A DNA stretch of 64,000 nucleotides from the NCBI GenBank assembly GCA_938083085.1, contig CALLKX010000057.1, forward strand, positions 15,994 to 79,993. The letters are read 5' to 3'. The notes under the pieces are model-generated. The model worked only from the letters and a program-made list of their open reading frames with translations, searched no databases and was not told the origin of the DNA. The DNA comes from an uncultured bacterium (GTDB lineage: Bacteria > Planctomycetota > UBA1135 > GCA-002686595). This document shows, one piece after another, positions 18,906-28,589 of this stretch; position 1 is the stretch's first letter, and each line of letters opens with the position of its first letter. The translations under genes were made by a program, and so were the position numbers.

Positions 18906-19619
18906 ATGAACTACTCCGATCGAATCTGCCTCCTCTCGCTCCTCGCCGCCCCCCTCGCCGCCTGCCAGTCAGCGGGGTACATGTCATCCGTCGCGCTGAC
19001 CGGCGCGGAGAGTCGCCAGCACGTGGTGGAGGCCATCAGCGAGGGCGTCACGGAGCAAGGGATGGCCAGGGATGAGTTCGCCTCCGCGGGCCGCATGCTC
19101 GCCAGCATCCAAACCGCGAGCGAGGTAGCGGCGGCCGAGTTGTACTCCGAGTACCTCGACCAGATCGACCTCTGCGCCCGCCGGGTGGAGCGCTTCGATG
19201 GCCAGATTGAGGTCCTCCAGATCGGAGCCGACCAGCTGTTCGTGGACTGGGAGGCCGAGCTTGAGCAGTTCACGAGCGAGGCCATCCGGGAGCAGAGCTC
19301 CCGCCGGCTCGAGGCCGCGCGGAGCGGCTTCGCGCTCCTGCACGACGAGCTCACGGGCGTCCATGGACAGATGGTGGCTAGCCTCTTCACCCACAAGGAC
19401 TACGCCCTCTACTTCAACCACAACCTCGCCGGTTCCAGCAGGGAGCTCCTCGGCAGCGAGAACAGTCGCTTCAGGGCGACGATGGCCACCATGAGCAAGG
19501 ACTGCAAGGTCGTGGAGGCAGACGCCCGGACCTTCAACGAGCGGCTCTCGGGCTCACCCGAGGTCGCGCCCGAACCCTCAAGGGGCCCAACCCCTGATGC
19601 GCCCGAGAGCAAACAGTGA
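18906..19619 (+). CDS. DUF2959-family lipoprotein
   Basis: Lipobox LAAC; LFVDWEAELEQFTSEAIREQS and YFNHNL match the DUF2959 pattern as recalled; all-helical. Confidence 0.7.
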   Translation: MNYSDRICLLSLLAAPLAACQSAGYMSSVALTGAESRQHVVEAISEGVTEQGMARDEFASAGRMLASIQTASEVAAAELYSEYLDQIDLCARRVERFDGQIEVLQIGADQLFVDWEAELEQFTSEAIREQSSRRLEAARSGFALLHDELTGVHGQMVASLFTHKDYALYFNHNLAGSSRELLGSENSRFRATMATMSKDCKVVEADARTFNERLSGSPEVAPEPSRGPTPDAPESKQ

Positions 19620-19632
19620 TTGGCGCGCAGCG

Positions 19633-22600
19633 CTAGAGGCCGAAGAAACCAAGGACGCGTCCGACGATCCCCCGGCGAGGCGTCCCCGCCCGCGTCTTGA
19701 GTTCAATCCGGCTCTGCTGCAGCTCGTGGCCAGGCTCGGGGGCCTGATACCTGGGGCGCTTGAGGTTGACCCGGCTCTGGTCCACCTTCTCCCGGATCAG
19801 CGCACGCATCAGAGCGTCCATGCGGGCCTGGGCGAGGTCCAGGGCCACTCGCCTGCGACGACGCTCCGCCTTCCCAGCTGCGCTCCTGCCCAGGAGCCCG
19901 GCCACCTGGTCCACTCGGCTCTCGACCTCTCCGAGCTCGCGAGAGACCTTCAGGAGCGCCGATTGCGCTTCCTCGAACGCGCTGATCCGTCCCAGGGTCA
20001 GCTGCGACCGCGCCGCAGCGGCGAGCTCGCCGCGCTGGCGGGCGAGCACGTCTCGCTCCCGTCGCAGAGACTTGAGCAGCTTGACCGCCACGTCACTGTC
20101 GGGACTCGCAAGCTCGCGCGCTCGCTCGATATCGCCGAGGCCGAACTGGTGCGTTCCCTCCAGCTCGAGGAGCGGGTCCTTGGCCATAGCCTTGACGATG
20201 GCCTTGAGCTCGGGGGACAACTCGCGGTCCACATGGGCGCTCCCGACCTCGAAGTCGACGTCCGCCTCCATCCCCGCGTACTCCGGGGTCCGGTCGCGAC
20301 CGCCGACGAGGTTCCCCAGACCGACGACGTCCGTCACGGATCCGACAGCTCGCAGCGGAGCGGCGGCGAGTGCCGCGGTGACCAGGCGGAGGAACGCCGC
20401 GGAGGCCTTGGCCGAGATCTCAGCCAGCCCCATGGTCGACCCGCCGCCGAAGTCGAAGGAGAGGGGCAGGCGGATCTCCCCCTGCTCGTTCTTCAGGACA
20501 AAGATGACCGTATCGAGGGGCGCCGGGAGCTTCAGGAATCTGGAGATCGGGCCGCCGTCTGGCTCCGACAGTGAGAGATAGGCGAGGCTCATGGTCGAGT
20601 CAACGTGCCCACCCTTGCTCCCGACAAAGCGCGTCCTGGAGTTGAAGTCGAGGACCCCGTCCCCGATGTCAATGCCGGACGCAATCGCCACCCCTCGAAT
20701 GGCGGTCAGCTCGAAGCCCTGGACCGCGCCCTGGACCCAGCCCGACATGGACGGGTAGAAGGTCAACTGCCCCGAGGTGACGAGCTCCCTGAAGAGCGGG
20801 CGGTCCTCGTAATGGACGACCTCGGCCTCACGGGACGAGACGGCGCCCACGACCCCCTCCGCCACGCCGCGGAATACGGAGGTCGACTTGAGCCTCACCG
20901 GAAGGGAGACATCCCCGCCGCCGAGCGAGAGCGAGAACCTCAGCGGGCGCGGCTGCGTCAACATGCGGCTGCTCAACCCGCGGACCTCGGCGTCCATCGC
21001 CACGAGGGGAATCGAGAGCGTCGGCGTCACGGTCTCATCCTCGAAGAGCACATCGAGGTCCCGCAGCAAGAGGTCGTCGACGGTCACGATCGTCGTGGGC
21101 CCGTCAGTCCGGGCGGGCTTCGCAGCGCCAGCGACGTCCTGGGGGGCGCCCTCCGAGACCTCACCGGTCCCCTGCCCCAGCGCGCCCTCTCCAACGGCCA
21201 CCTTGGCGCCTCCCTCGACCCCAGCTCCTGGGCTCGCGTCACCAGCCGGCGGGACCGGCGTGGGCTCAGGCTCCGGCGCCGCTCCCGGAGGGGAGTTCGG
21301 GCCGGGGGTCGCCGCCGCCATGGCCGCGGGAGCAGGTGACCCGTCCGCCTCCGCCACGACCAGCAGCCCGGCCACCTCGAGCCCGCCCTTGACCCTCCGC
21401 ACCACCCCCTGGGGGTTCTCGACCTCAATGCGCCGAAACTGATACCGCCCGGCCCGAGGCTCGATGTTCGCAGCGTCCAGGGACAACAAGTCGAGCCCCA
21501 GCACCACGGGGCCGTCGGCCTTGGTGCGGAGCATGAGGTCGTTCACCTGCAGCCCAAGGCCGAAGCCCCCCCTGAGATCGAAGTCCAGGGGGCCGCTGCG
21601 CCTCCAGCGAAGCTGGCTGTCGACCGACGCCGAGAAGCTGCCATTCTCGAAGCCCGACTCCGCGCTGGAGACCTGACGCTCGGGGAAGACCGCCCGGAGG
21701 AATTCGCCGTCCAACCCCTCGATCCGGATCTTGGCGTCGAGCTCCGGCTCGGTATCGAAAGGCGTGGCCGAGAGGTCCAGGCTGAGGCTCGCCTTACCGG
21801 GCTCGGCGGTCCCCGTGATGGCGACTTCCACAGGCGGCGCGTCGTCGAGGAAGTCCTCCGCGTCGAACTCCACGGCGTCCTTCAGCTCGATCCGTGAGGT
21901 TGCCACGAATGGAGCCGCCTCGGCCCCCTCGGTGGACACCCGGAGCTCCTTCAGTCCGACCACGAGCGCTCCGAGGCGAACACTGCGCAGGCGCCGCCGC
22001 GCTGCAGGTTGAGGCGCCTTGCCTCCGCCGGCCCCAGCCTCGCTGGATCCACCTGCCGGGTTGGATCCACCTGGGGCGCTGGACTTGTCCGGCTGCAGGT
22101 CGAGGCCCGCGACGCGGAGCCCACCGTCGGCCAGTCGCACGACCTCAAGCGCCAGGTCCTCGGCGATCACCTCGCTCACATCGATCACCCCGAGGTCACC
22201 GTCCAGACGGGGCGCCGTGAACTTCAGACGCGAGGCCCCGAGCACGGGGCGTTCGGCGCCCCGGTCGCGCAGGTCCAGGTCCTCGATCTCGAGCGCCAGC
22301 GCGTCGCCGCCAGCCTCCGGTTGGCTCCAGTCTCCGCGCACCCGCGCGCGCGCCACTCCGTCCGAGAGGTCCAGCGCCATGCCCTCAGGGAGGAAGCGCT
22401 CGAGCGCATCTCCGCCGACCCCCTCCATGGCGAGCGCCAGATCGAGGGAGGGTGCTGCGGGATCCGGCTGAACGGTCCCCGATGTGGAGCACTGGGCCTC
22501 TCCCACCGAGAGCTGCACGGTGCATTCTGCCTGGGGAGCCCCCGCGCCTGGCGCGAACCCTTGCACGGCGAGGGAGGCGCCGAGCACCAGCGGCGGTCCC

Positions 22601-25461
22601 TCTCCCTCCACGAGGTTGACTAGCGTGATGCTCGCGCCGTTCATTCGCCCGTCCTCGAGCGAGAACCACCCCGATCGCCGCGAGGGTGCGGGCGGCTTGT
22701 CACCGTCCTTGTTCGCGGTCCCGGCGGCGCTGGCTTCCGGATCCGGAGGGAGGATATGCATGCCGAGCGCGACCCAACCGCCAGCCTCATGCGCCTCGAC
22801 GCGGAGGCGCGGCTCCTCGAGCCGCAGTGACTTGATGGCTGCCGTGACGTCACCGCCGCTGCGCACCCCCTCAAGACGCAACTCCTTCAGATCGAGCCAC
22901 TCCTTGACGCCGGATCCCACCTTATCTTCAAGGCGCACCGGCCCCAGCTGGAGGGCTAGCTCAGGGCGCCCCTCGACTGCGCGGACGCCGACCTCGAACT
23001 GTCCATCGAGGGATCCATCCTGGAGTTCTGACTCGACTCCGAGGAGCTCGACCCACGCCTTGATCGGGTCCAAATTCAGCCCCCGCGCCTTGGTCGATCC
23101 ACGCACGCGAAGGCCGCCGTCGTCGAGGGCATCGAATCGAACCGAGGCGGAGAACTCCCGGGCAACCCGGACCGTGCCGCTGGCCGCGGCCTCGAAGGAC
23201 CCCGGGCTGGCGTCAGGGCCCTTCACGGGGCCCGCCGTCACCGCGATCGGACCGATCGAGATGGGTGGTTCGCTGCGCTCGTCACTGAGGAGGTCGAGAC
23301 GCTCGAATTGAAGGTCGAGCCGGGGGAGCCAGACCTTGGGGACCACGAAGGGCGGGGCTGGAGCGGGCGAAGGCACGGAGGCCGGCGGCGTCGCTGGCAT
23401 CCCGGGGGCGGCAGTGGCCGAACCGGAGCCCACGTTGAATCGCAGGCCGACCGCCTCGATGGAATCATCGAGGCGGCGGCGAATACGCCCACGGGCTCCG
23501 CCCAGCGAGGCGCGAACGCGGTCCTGTCCGCCGATGACGACCTCGGCCATGTCGATGGCGGCCAGCTCCTCGCCCCCGTCCGTCACCCTGAGCCCACGGG
23601 CCGCGAAGTTGAGCCCGTCCACGTCGATCTTGTCGACCTCGAACGTCCCCTTCTCGAAGGCAGGCTCCAGCCCCGCCATGGCGAGGTAGGGCGCCAGCTC
23701 ACCGGGAACCAGGCCATCGATCTTGACGCTGCCGCTCGCCTTGAAGCGCGGCTCCACCGACCCAATGGTCCCGTCGACCGCGAGCTCCTCCACGACCCCA
23801 GGGATGGTCGCTGAGAGCCGAAGGGAGGACGGCGGCGCTCCCTCATCAGAGGAGATCGGTCCGGCGCTGAGGGAGTCCAGCAGCGCCGTGATCCGGTGCC
23901 CGTCGCTGAGGTTGCGGTCGCTGAAGGAGAGTCGGGTGTTCTTGAGCTCCGCGCGACTCAGCGACCACCGCAGGGGTACCCCGCTGTCCGCAGCAGCAGA
24001 GGGTCTGGTGCTCGTCGGATCAACAGGCGCGACGCCTGAGGCCGACGACCCGGAGACGGGGGACGATGCGGCTGAAGGCTCCGGGGTGGAGGGCTCTACG
24101 TTGGGAGACTCTGCGCCGGGAGACTCTGCGTTGGGAGACTCAGCGCCGGGAGACTCAGCGCTGGGAGACTCAGGGCTTTGAGGGACGGCCGCGGCCAACT
24201 TCGGTGCGGCGGGCGCGGGCGTCGCGGAGCGCGCTGCAGCTGGCCCGAGCCCGGCGAAGGTGAGCGTCCCGTCGGCCTCGAGTGCGGCCTCGGCCACCAG
24301 CCCGTCGATCAGGACAGAACCGACTTCAAGAACACCCTCCCCCAGGGCGTCCACCCGCACCTCGAGGCGCTCGAGCCCGAGCGCCTCGGTCTCGTCCGCG
24401 CGGACCTTGGTGCGGTTCAGGGTCAGCTGAGCCTGGAGCTGCTTCGGGTTCTCCTTCAGGGGGCTGGCCTGCAGCCTGAAGCTCGCCTCCGAGTGGAGGC
24501 GCTCGGACCGCGGGTCGAGCCCGGCCGCAGCGAAGAGCCCCTGCGCAGCCCTTGGCCGCAGGCCCGCCAGGGTCAGCTCGAGGGACAGGTCGACGCCTGC
24601 GGATGAGAGGGCGCCGGTACCGCGGAGGCGGAGCAGGTCGAGGCATTCGGCGGAGACCATCCGGAGGTCCAGGGCGGCGACTTCACCCTCCGACCCGACC
24701 CCGGTGAGCGTGAGCGCGGTGGTGCTCGAGAGATCCACGGGTGGCAGCGCCTGGAGGTCTCGGACCCGCACCCTGAAGTCCTGGATCCGAGCCTGGTCGA
24801 GCTCGAACGGTAGGTCAAAGAGGAGGGGCCCCGCCGCAGGCGGCTCCGAGGGTGCCGCGGGCGCTCCGTCCCCCGCGAACGCGGCGAAGTTCCAGTCACC
24901 TTCAGCCCCACGCTCCAAGGTGACGACGGCTCCCTCGACCACGAGGCGCTCCACGCGGAGGGTGCCCTTCAGGAGCGAGCTCATGTCGAGGTCGAGGACG
25001 AGGGTCGACACCGAGATCATGGGGTCCCCCCCCGGCGCACTCACGCTCACTCCTTGCTCGGGGTCCGCCTTCGGTGTGACGCTCAGGCCCTGGACCTCCA
25101 GACGTCCGTCGAGGACCTGAAGCTCGAATGAGAGCCAGTCCGCCTGCACCCCGCCCGCGGAGAGGACCGCCCGGAGAGTCGGGTCCAGGCCAAGGCCAAG
25201 GAGGACTCGCAGCGCGACGGCCACCGCGGCGAACCGGATGAGCCGGCGTCGCCAGAGGCGCGGCCGCGCGATCTTTGGCGCGGAGATCTCCTGGGGCACG
25301 GGTCCCGCCGCAGAGCGCTCGGCGTCCGCACCTTCCGCTGCTGAATCCCCCGCCGCCGTATCTTCCGCGGCCGGGCCTTGGGGAACAGCCGCCTCACCAG
25401 CAGGAGCTTCTCGTGCGGAGGCCGCCCCGTCAGGGTGGGCCTGGTCCCTGGGCTCCTTCAA
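19633..25461 (-). CDS. Giant DUF748/AsmA-like envelope protein (~1940 aa)
   Basis: N-terminal TM, AsmA-like start (LSVTP...LRVERLVVEG..VTLER...WNF), repeated beta-rich units separated by Pro/Ala linkers, LKNEQGEIRLPL, and an OmpA-like tail (VDFEVGSA...DPLLELEG). TTG start overlaps the upstream TGA. Confidence 0.75.
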   Translation of the reverse strand: MKEPRDQAHPDGAASAREAPAGEAAVPQGPAAEDTAAGDSAAEGADAERSAAGPVPQEISAPKIARPRLWRRRLIRFAAVAVALRVLLGLGLDPTLRAVLSAGGVQADWLSFELQVLDGRLEVQGLSVTPKADPEQGVSVSAPGGDPMISVSTLVLDLDMSSLLKGTLRVERLVVEGAVVTLERGAEGDWNFAAFAGDGAPAAPSEPPAAGPLLFDLPFELDQARIQDFRVRVRDLQALPPVDLSSTTALTLTGVGSEGEVAALDLRMVSAECLDLLRLRGTGALSSAGVDLSLELTLAGLRPRAAQGLFAAAGLDPRSERLHSEASFRLQASPLKENPKQLQAQLTLNRTKVRADETEALGLERLEVRVDALGEGVLEVGSVLIDGLVAEAALEADGTLTFAGLGPAAARSATPAPAAPKLAAAVPQSPESPSAESPGAESPNAESPGAESPNVEPSTPEPSAASSPVSGSSASGVAPVDPTSTRPSAAADSGVPLRWSLSRAELKNTRLSFSDRNLSDGHRITALLDSLSAGPISSDEGAPPSSLRLSATIPGVVEELAVDGTIGSVEPRFKASGSVKIDGLVPGELAPYLAMAGLEPAFEKGTFEVDKIDVDGLNFAARGLRVTDGGEELAAIDMAEVVIGGQDRVRASLGGARGRIRRRLDDSIEAVGLRFNVGSGSATAAPGMPATPPASVPSPAPAPPFVVPKVWLPRLDLQFERLDLLSDERSEPPISIGPIAVTAGPVKGPDASPGSFEAAASGTVRVAREFSASVRFDALDDGGLRVRGSTKARGLNLDPIKAWVELLGVESELQDGSLDGQFEVGVRAVEGRPELALQLGPVRLEDKVGSGVKEWLDLKELRLEGVRSGGDVTAAIKSLRLEEPRLRVEAHEAGGWVALGMHILPPDPEASAAGTANKDGDKPPAPSRRSGWFSLEDGRMNGASITLVNLVEGEGPPLVLGASLAVQGFAPGAGAPQAECTVQLSVGEAQCSTSGTVQPDPAAPSLDLALAMEGVGGDALERFLPEGMALDLSDGVARARVRGDWSQPEAGGDALALEIEDLDLRDRGAERPVLGASRLKFTAPRLDGDLGVIDVSEVIAEDLALEVVRLADGGLRVAGLDLQPDKSSAPGGSNPAGGSSEAGAGGGKAPQPAARRRLRSVRLGALVVGLKELRVSTEGAEAAPFVATSRIELKDAVEFDAEDFLDDAPPVEVAITGTAEPGKASLSLDLSATPFDTEPELDAKIRIEGLDGEFLRAVFPERQVSSAESGFENGSFSASVDSQLRWRRSGPLDFDLRGGFGLGLQVNDLMLRTKADGPVVLGLDLLSLDAANIEPRAGRYQFRRIEVENPQGVVRRVKGGLEVAGLLVVAEADGSPAPAAMAAATPGPNSPPGAAPEPEPTPVPPAGDASPGAGVEGGAKVAVGEGALGQGTGEVSEGAPQDVAGAAKPARTDGPTTIVTVDDLLLRDLDVLFEDETVTPTLSIPLVAMDAEVRGLSSRMLTQPRPLRFSLSLGGGDVSLPVRLKSTSVFRGVAEGVVGAVSSREAEVVHYEDRPLFRELVTSGQLTFYPSMSGWVQGAVQGFELTAIRGVAIASGIDIGDGVLDFNSRTRFVGSKGGHVDSTMSLAYLSLSEPDGGPISRFLKLPAPLDTVIFVLKNEQGEIRLPLSFDFGGGSTMGLAEISAKASAAFLRLVTAALAAAPLRAVGSVTDVVGLGNLVGGRDRTPEYAGMEADVDFEVGSAHVDRELSPELKAIVKAMAKDPLLELEGTHQFGLGDIERARELASPDSDVAVKLLKSLRRERDVLARQRGELAAAARSQLTLGRISAFEEAQSALLKVSRELGEVESRVDQVAGLLGRSAAGKAERRRRRVALDLAQARMDALMRALIREKVDQSRVNLKRPRYQAPEPGHELQQSRIELKTRAGTPRRGIVGRVLGFFGL
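24101..24175. repeat. In-frame 15-bp tandem repeat x5 (AESP[N/G/S] linker)
   Basis: YYGGGAGACTCWGCG x5 (last unit imperfect). Confidence 0.85.
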
Positions 25462-27023
25462 CGCTGCGCCCCCCCGGACTGGGACCCGCTATCGACGGGC
25501 GACGGGGCCTCCGGATTCATGGGCGCGGATCGGCCGGCGCCCGGCGCGTCCTTGGCCGCAGCTGAGTCCTTGGCTGCAGTCCAGCGGCGGAGGGCCTGCC
25601 GGCGCTCCTGAACGGGGCCAAGGGGGTCATAGCCCGGCACCGTCACCGAGAGGGTCGCCAGCCAATCCGCAGCGCGGACCCGAGCCGCAGAGCTGGAGGA
25701 CTCGAGCGCGATCTTGTTTTCCTCGATCAGCCGCGACCGGAGCGAGGCGATCGAGGAGCTCGCGACGATAGCGTCCTGCACCACACCCATCTGGCGCCCG
25801 GCGTCGCCGGTGAACTGGAGCAGCAGCGCACTGAACTCCTCGCCAAGGGTCCCCTCCTCGAGGCCCTCAAGGAGTTTGATGAGCACGTCCCGCTCGAGGC
25901 GCCAGGCGAGATCACCCTTGTTGCTCGCGAGGGCGCGCAGGACCTGCCGGTCCGCGAGCAGCCCGTCCGAGAAGTCCTTCAGCAACTCATCGTCGGCCAG
26001 CAGCGCGAACTCACCCGCGAGCTGCGACGTGGTACTGCTCCCGAGATCCAACAACGCGGCGCGACGCGCAGCGGGGTCCGCGAGGGCGTCGATGCTCTCC
26101 TGGAATCGAATCAACTGGCGCTCCTGAAGTCTGAGCACCTGCCGCCGCTGGGTCCCCTCGAGGGCGGCGTCACGGACCTCAGCACGGATCCTCTTGAGCT
26201 GATCACCCAGCCCGGGCTCGTTCCCCTTCATGGCCTGGGCCTTCAGAATGAGCACGATCCGGACATCTTCCTCGAGGTCAAAGTCCGGCTCGGTCATCAC
26301 GACGAGCGGGCTCCCGTCGAGCGGGAGGGTCTTATCGAGGACGAGGACCTCTTCCCGCTGAGCCTGGGCCACCTGGAGCTTGCCGCTCACGCCATCGGAG
26401 AGGATGGACTCCACCTGATCCCGCACCGAGAGGGCCACGGAGAGCCCAGCCTGAACCCCGCTGTCCTGCCAGAGCTCAACCCCGAACTGACGATCCACGA
26501 GGGCGTCTTGGCGAAAACTGATCCCCTGGGCGAAGACCGAGTTCATGCGTGTGGCCACCCCGGGCATGGAGAGACCATCCAGGAGCTCCATTTCGGAGCC
26601 CTGATCCTGCGGGAGCGCCTTGAGTTCCTTGACCACCCGGGTCCCGTCCTCGCCCGCCACGAGGTGAGCGCCGAGCAGCACCGTGGGGTGAGCGCCCGTC
26701 GGCTCCGGCCCATCGCTGCCCAGAATCAGCCCGACGTGCTGCGGCAGGGGCTCGGCGGACTCCGGGATCGGCGCACGGGTCATCCGGAGCTCCATGGAGA
26801 CCCGAACGGCGTCCTCGCTGCTCAGGGGCAAAGAGACCGCCGCACCCTCGTCCATGGGACCCGCCACGGGGTCGCCCCCGTAGTAGGTGACGAAGGAGAT
26901 GAGCTCAGGGGGCCGCAGGGGCTCCCTCGAGGCCGCGCAACCGCCCCCCAGCCAGACCGACGTCATCGCCAGCGCGACCAGCGCGACGCTGCGGAGGGGA
27001 GGAAAGGGAGAGGAGGCCTGCAT
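25458..27023 (-). CDS. Hypothetical lipoprotein with C-terminal HEAT-like helices
   Basis: Signal ending LGGGC; helical C-terminus (AARRAALL, AARVRAADWL); coupled to the DUF748-like gene. Confidence 0.65.
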   Translation of the reverse strand: MQASSPFPPLRSVALVALAMTSVWLGGGCAASREPLRPPELISFVTYYGGDPVAGPMDEGAAVSLPLSSEDAVRVSMELRMTRAPIPESAEPLPQHVGLILGSDGPEPTGAHPTVLLGAHLVAGEDGTRVVKELKALPQDQGSEMELLDGLSMPGVATRMNSVFAQGISFRQDALVDRQFGVELWQDSGVQAGLSVALSVRDQVESILSDGVSGKLQVAQAQREEVLVLDKTLPLDGSPLVVMTEPDFDLEEDVRIVLILKAQAMKGNEPGLGDQLKRIRAEVRDAALEGTQRRQVLRLQERQLIRFQESIDALADPAARRAALLDLGSSTTSQLAGEFALLADDELLKDFSDGLLADRQVLRALASNKGDLAWRLERDVLIKLLEGLEEGTLGEEFSALLLQFTGDAGRQMGVVQDAIVASSSIASLRSRLIEENKIALESSSSAARVRAADWLATLSVTVPGYDPLGPVQERRQALRRWTAAKDSAAAKDAPGAGRSAPMNPEAPSPVDSGSQSGGAQR

Positions 27024-27071
27024 GATCGCGGGGCCGAAGATAGCCGGGCCCGCGAAGGATCGCCGACGAAG

Positions 27072-28562
27072 TCAGAGCTTCTCCGCAGCACGCCACAAGC
27101 CGGTCGCAACTTCCTTCGCGCTCCCCTCCTCGGCGAGCTTGTCGAGGCCGGCGCGGAGTGAGCGGGCAGCCACCGGGTGAAGGTCCTCCGCGACGTCGGC
27201 GTAGACGCGCCCCAGGAGCGAGGATTCCGAAGCGGGCTCCGCGCCAAGGGCGCGCACCAGCGACTCCTCGCGTCGAGCGCGGTGCTCGAGGTATCGGCCC
27301 AGGAGCGCCGGCCCGTTGCTGGCCACGGGCCCGTGGGCCGGGTGCAAGACCTCGCCCACGCCCATCAGGTCACGGACCCGCTCCAGGCTCGTGAGGTACG
27401 TCGCGAGGTGTCCGTCCGGTGGATCGATGACGATGGTGGAGACGGTAGAGACGAGGTCTCCGCCGAGCACGGCGCCGTAGCGCGACTCCCTGAAGACGAG
27501 GTGGCCCGGAGCGTGTCCCGGCGTATGGAGCGCCGTCAGGACCCACCCCGGCTCTCCGTCGGGGGCCTCGCCGAGGGGGAGCTCGACGCCGTCCGCCAGC
27601 GCCCGCGTGTTCTCCACCGTCAGCGCAAGACGCGACAGCGTCTCTTGGTGCGCGAGCACCGGGACGTCATATCGGCGGGCGGTGGCCTCGACGGCGCCCA
27701 CATGGTCTGGGTGGTGGTGCGTCACCAGGACGCCCACGAGCTCGGCGCCCGCTCTCGTACGCTCGTCGATCAGGTCGAAGAGCCGCTGCTGCTCGGCCGG
27801 GTCAGTGGGCGCAGGGTCCACCACAAACAGGCGCCGCTCCCCCACCAGATAGGCGTTGGTCGTCGTGGCCGGGGGGAGCGTGCGGGTGGCCAGAGGAGCC
27901 ATGAGGATCCCAGGGACGTTCCGGATCGGGTGCAGCCTCCCGCTCTCCAGCTCGCGGCTGCGGCTCTCCATGGCATCCAGGAACCCCTCCAGGCCCAGCT
28001 CGATGAGCTGCTCGACCATGTAGAGGACAGGCGGCGCCACCAGGCGCTCCCCGCGCCTCCAGGACGCGAGGAGGTCCTCGGGGCGCTCGAACGCCCCGTC
28101 CACCAGCTCTCCCTCGAGGATCACCGGCTCGAATTCATCAGGCGCCTCCACGTGAAGGAACCTGGTCCGGTAGAGGACCGGGGCGAAGGGCGGCGTGGTG
28201 AGCCTCGCGAACGGGCGCGCCGCAAGGAGAGCCTCCGGCGAGCGGTCCAGGATCGCCCGGACCCGGTCCCCCGCCTGCTCATCAGCCCGGTCGAGCAGCC
28301 CGCCGCGCTCCGCCATGGCCGCCTCCACGCCCGCCGGCGCGAGGCCGACCTCCTCGACGAGCTCGCGGAGGGCGCAGCGCCGATGAGCGTCGTCGTGGTC
28401 CGCGTCGCCGTCGTGGTCGCAGGGGTCGACCACGCCGCCCGGAAAGGCCCAGTAGCCCCCGAAGAAGCGCAGCTTGGGCGAACGGCGGACCACCAGGACC
28501 TCCGGATCGGCCAGGGGCCCTCGGGTCACGAGGACGGCGGTGGCGATTCGAGTCCGTTTCAT
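27072..28562 (-). CDS. NUDIX hydrolase fused to metallo-beta-lactamase-fold hydrolase (LACTB2-like)
   Basis: FPGGVVD...ALRELVEEVGL Nudix box; TNAYLVG, THHHPDHVG, HTPGHAPGH, GGD, PAHG; winged-helix-like tail. Confidence 0.88.
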   Translation of the reverse strand: MKRTRIATAVLVTRGPLADPEVLVVRRSPKLRFFGGYWAFPGGVVDPCDHDGDADHDDAHRRCALRELVEEVGLAPAGVEAAMAERGGLLDRADEQAGDRVRAILDRSPEALLAARPFARLTTPPFAPVLYRTRFLHVEAPDEFEPVILEGELVDGAFERPEDLLASWRRGERLVAPPVLYMVEQLIELGLEGFLDAMESRSRELESGRLHPIRNVPGILMAPLATRTLPPATTTNAYLVGERRLFVVDPAPTDPAEQQRLFDLIDERTRAGAELVGVLVTHHHPDHVGAVEATARRYDVPVLAHQETLSRLALTVENTRALADGVELPLGEAPDGEPGWVLTALHTPGHAPGHLVFRESRYGAVLGGDLVSTVSTIVIDPPDGHLATYLTSLERVRDLMGVGEVLHPAHGPVASNGPALLGRYLEHRARREESLVRALGAEPASESSLLGRVYADVAEDLHPVAARSLRAGLDKLAEEGSAKEVATGLWRAAEKL

Positions 28563-28571
28563 GGGCCGGGG

Positions 28572-28581
28572 AGTCTACGAT
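28572..28581. promoter_or_regulatory. Putative bidirectional overlapping -10 elements (AGTCTACGAT)
   Basis: TAGACT on the - strand lies 9 nt before ATG 28562; TACGAT on the + strand lies 8 nt before ATG 28590; the divergent gap is only 27 bp. Confidence 0.55.
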
Positions 28582-28589
28582 CAGCCGCC

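Noticed and set aside
27177-28589. 867-aa ORF suggesting a long N-terminal extension of the SGNH protein
   Set aside because: The extension is the antisense shadow of the NUDIX-MBL gene; ATG 28590 gives a normal TM-anchored SGNH protein.
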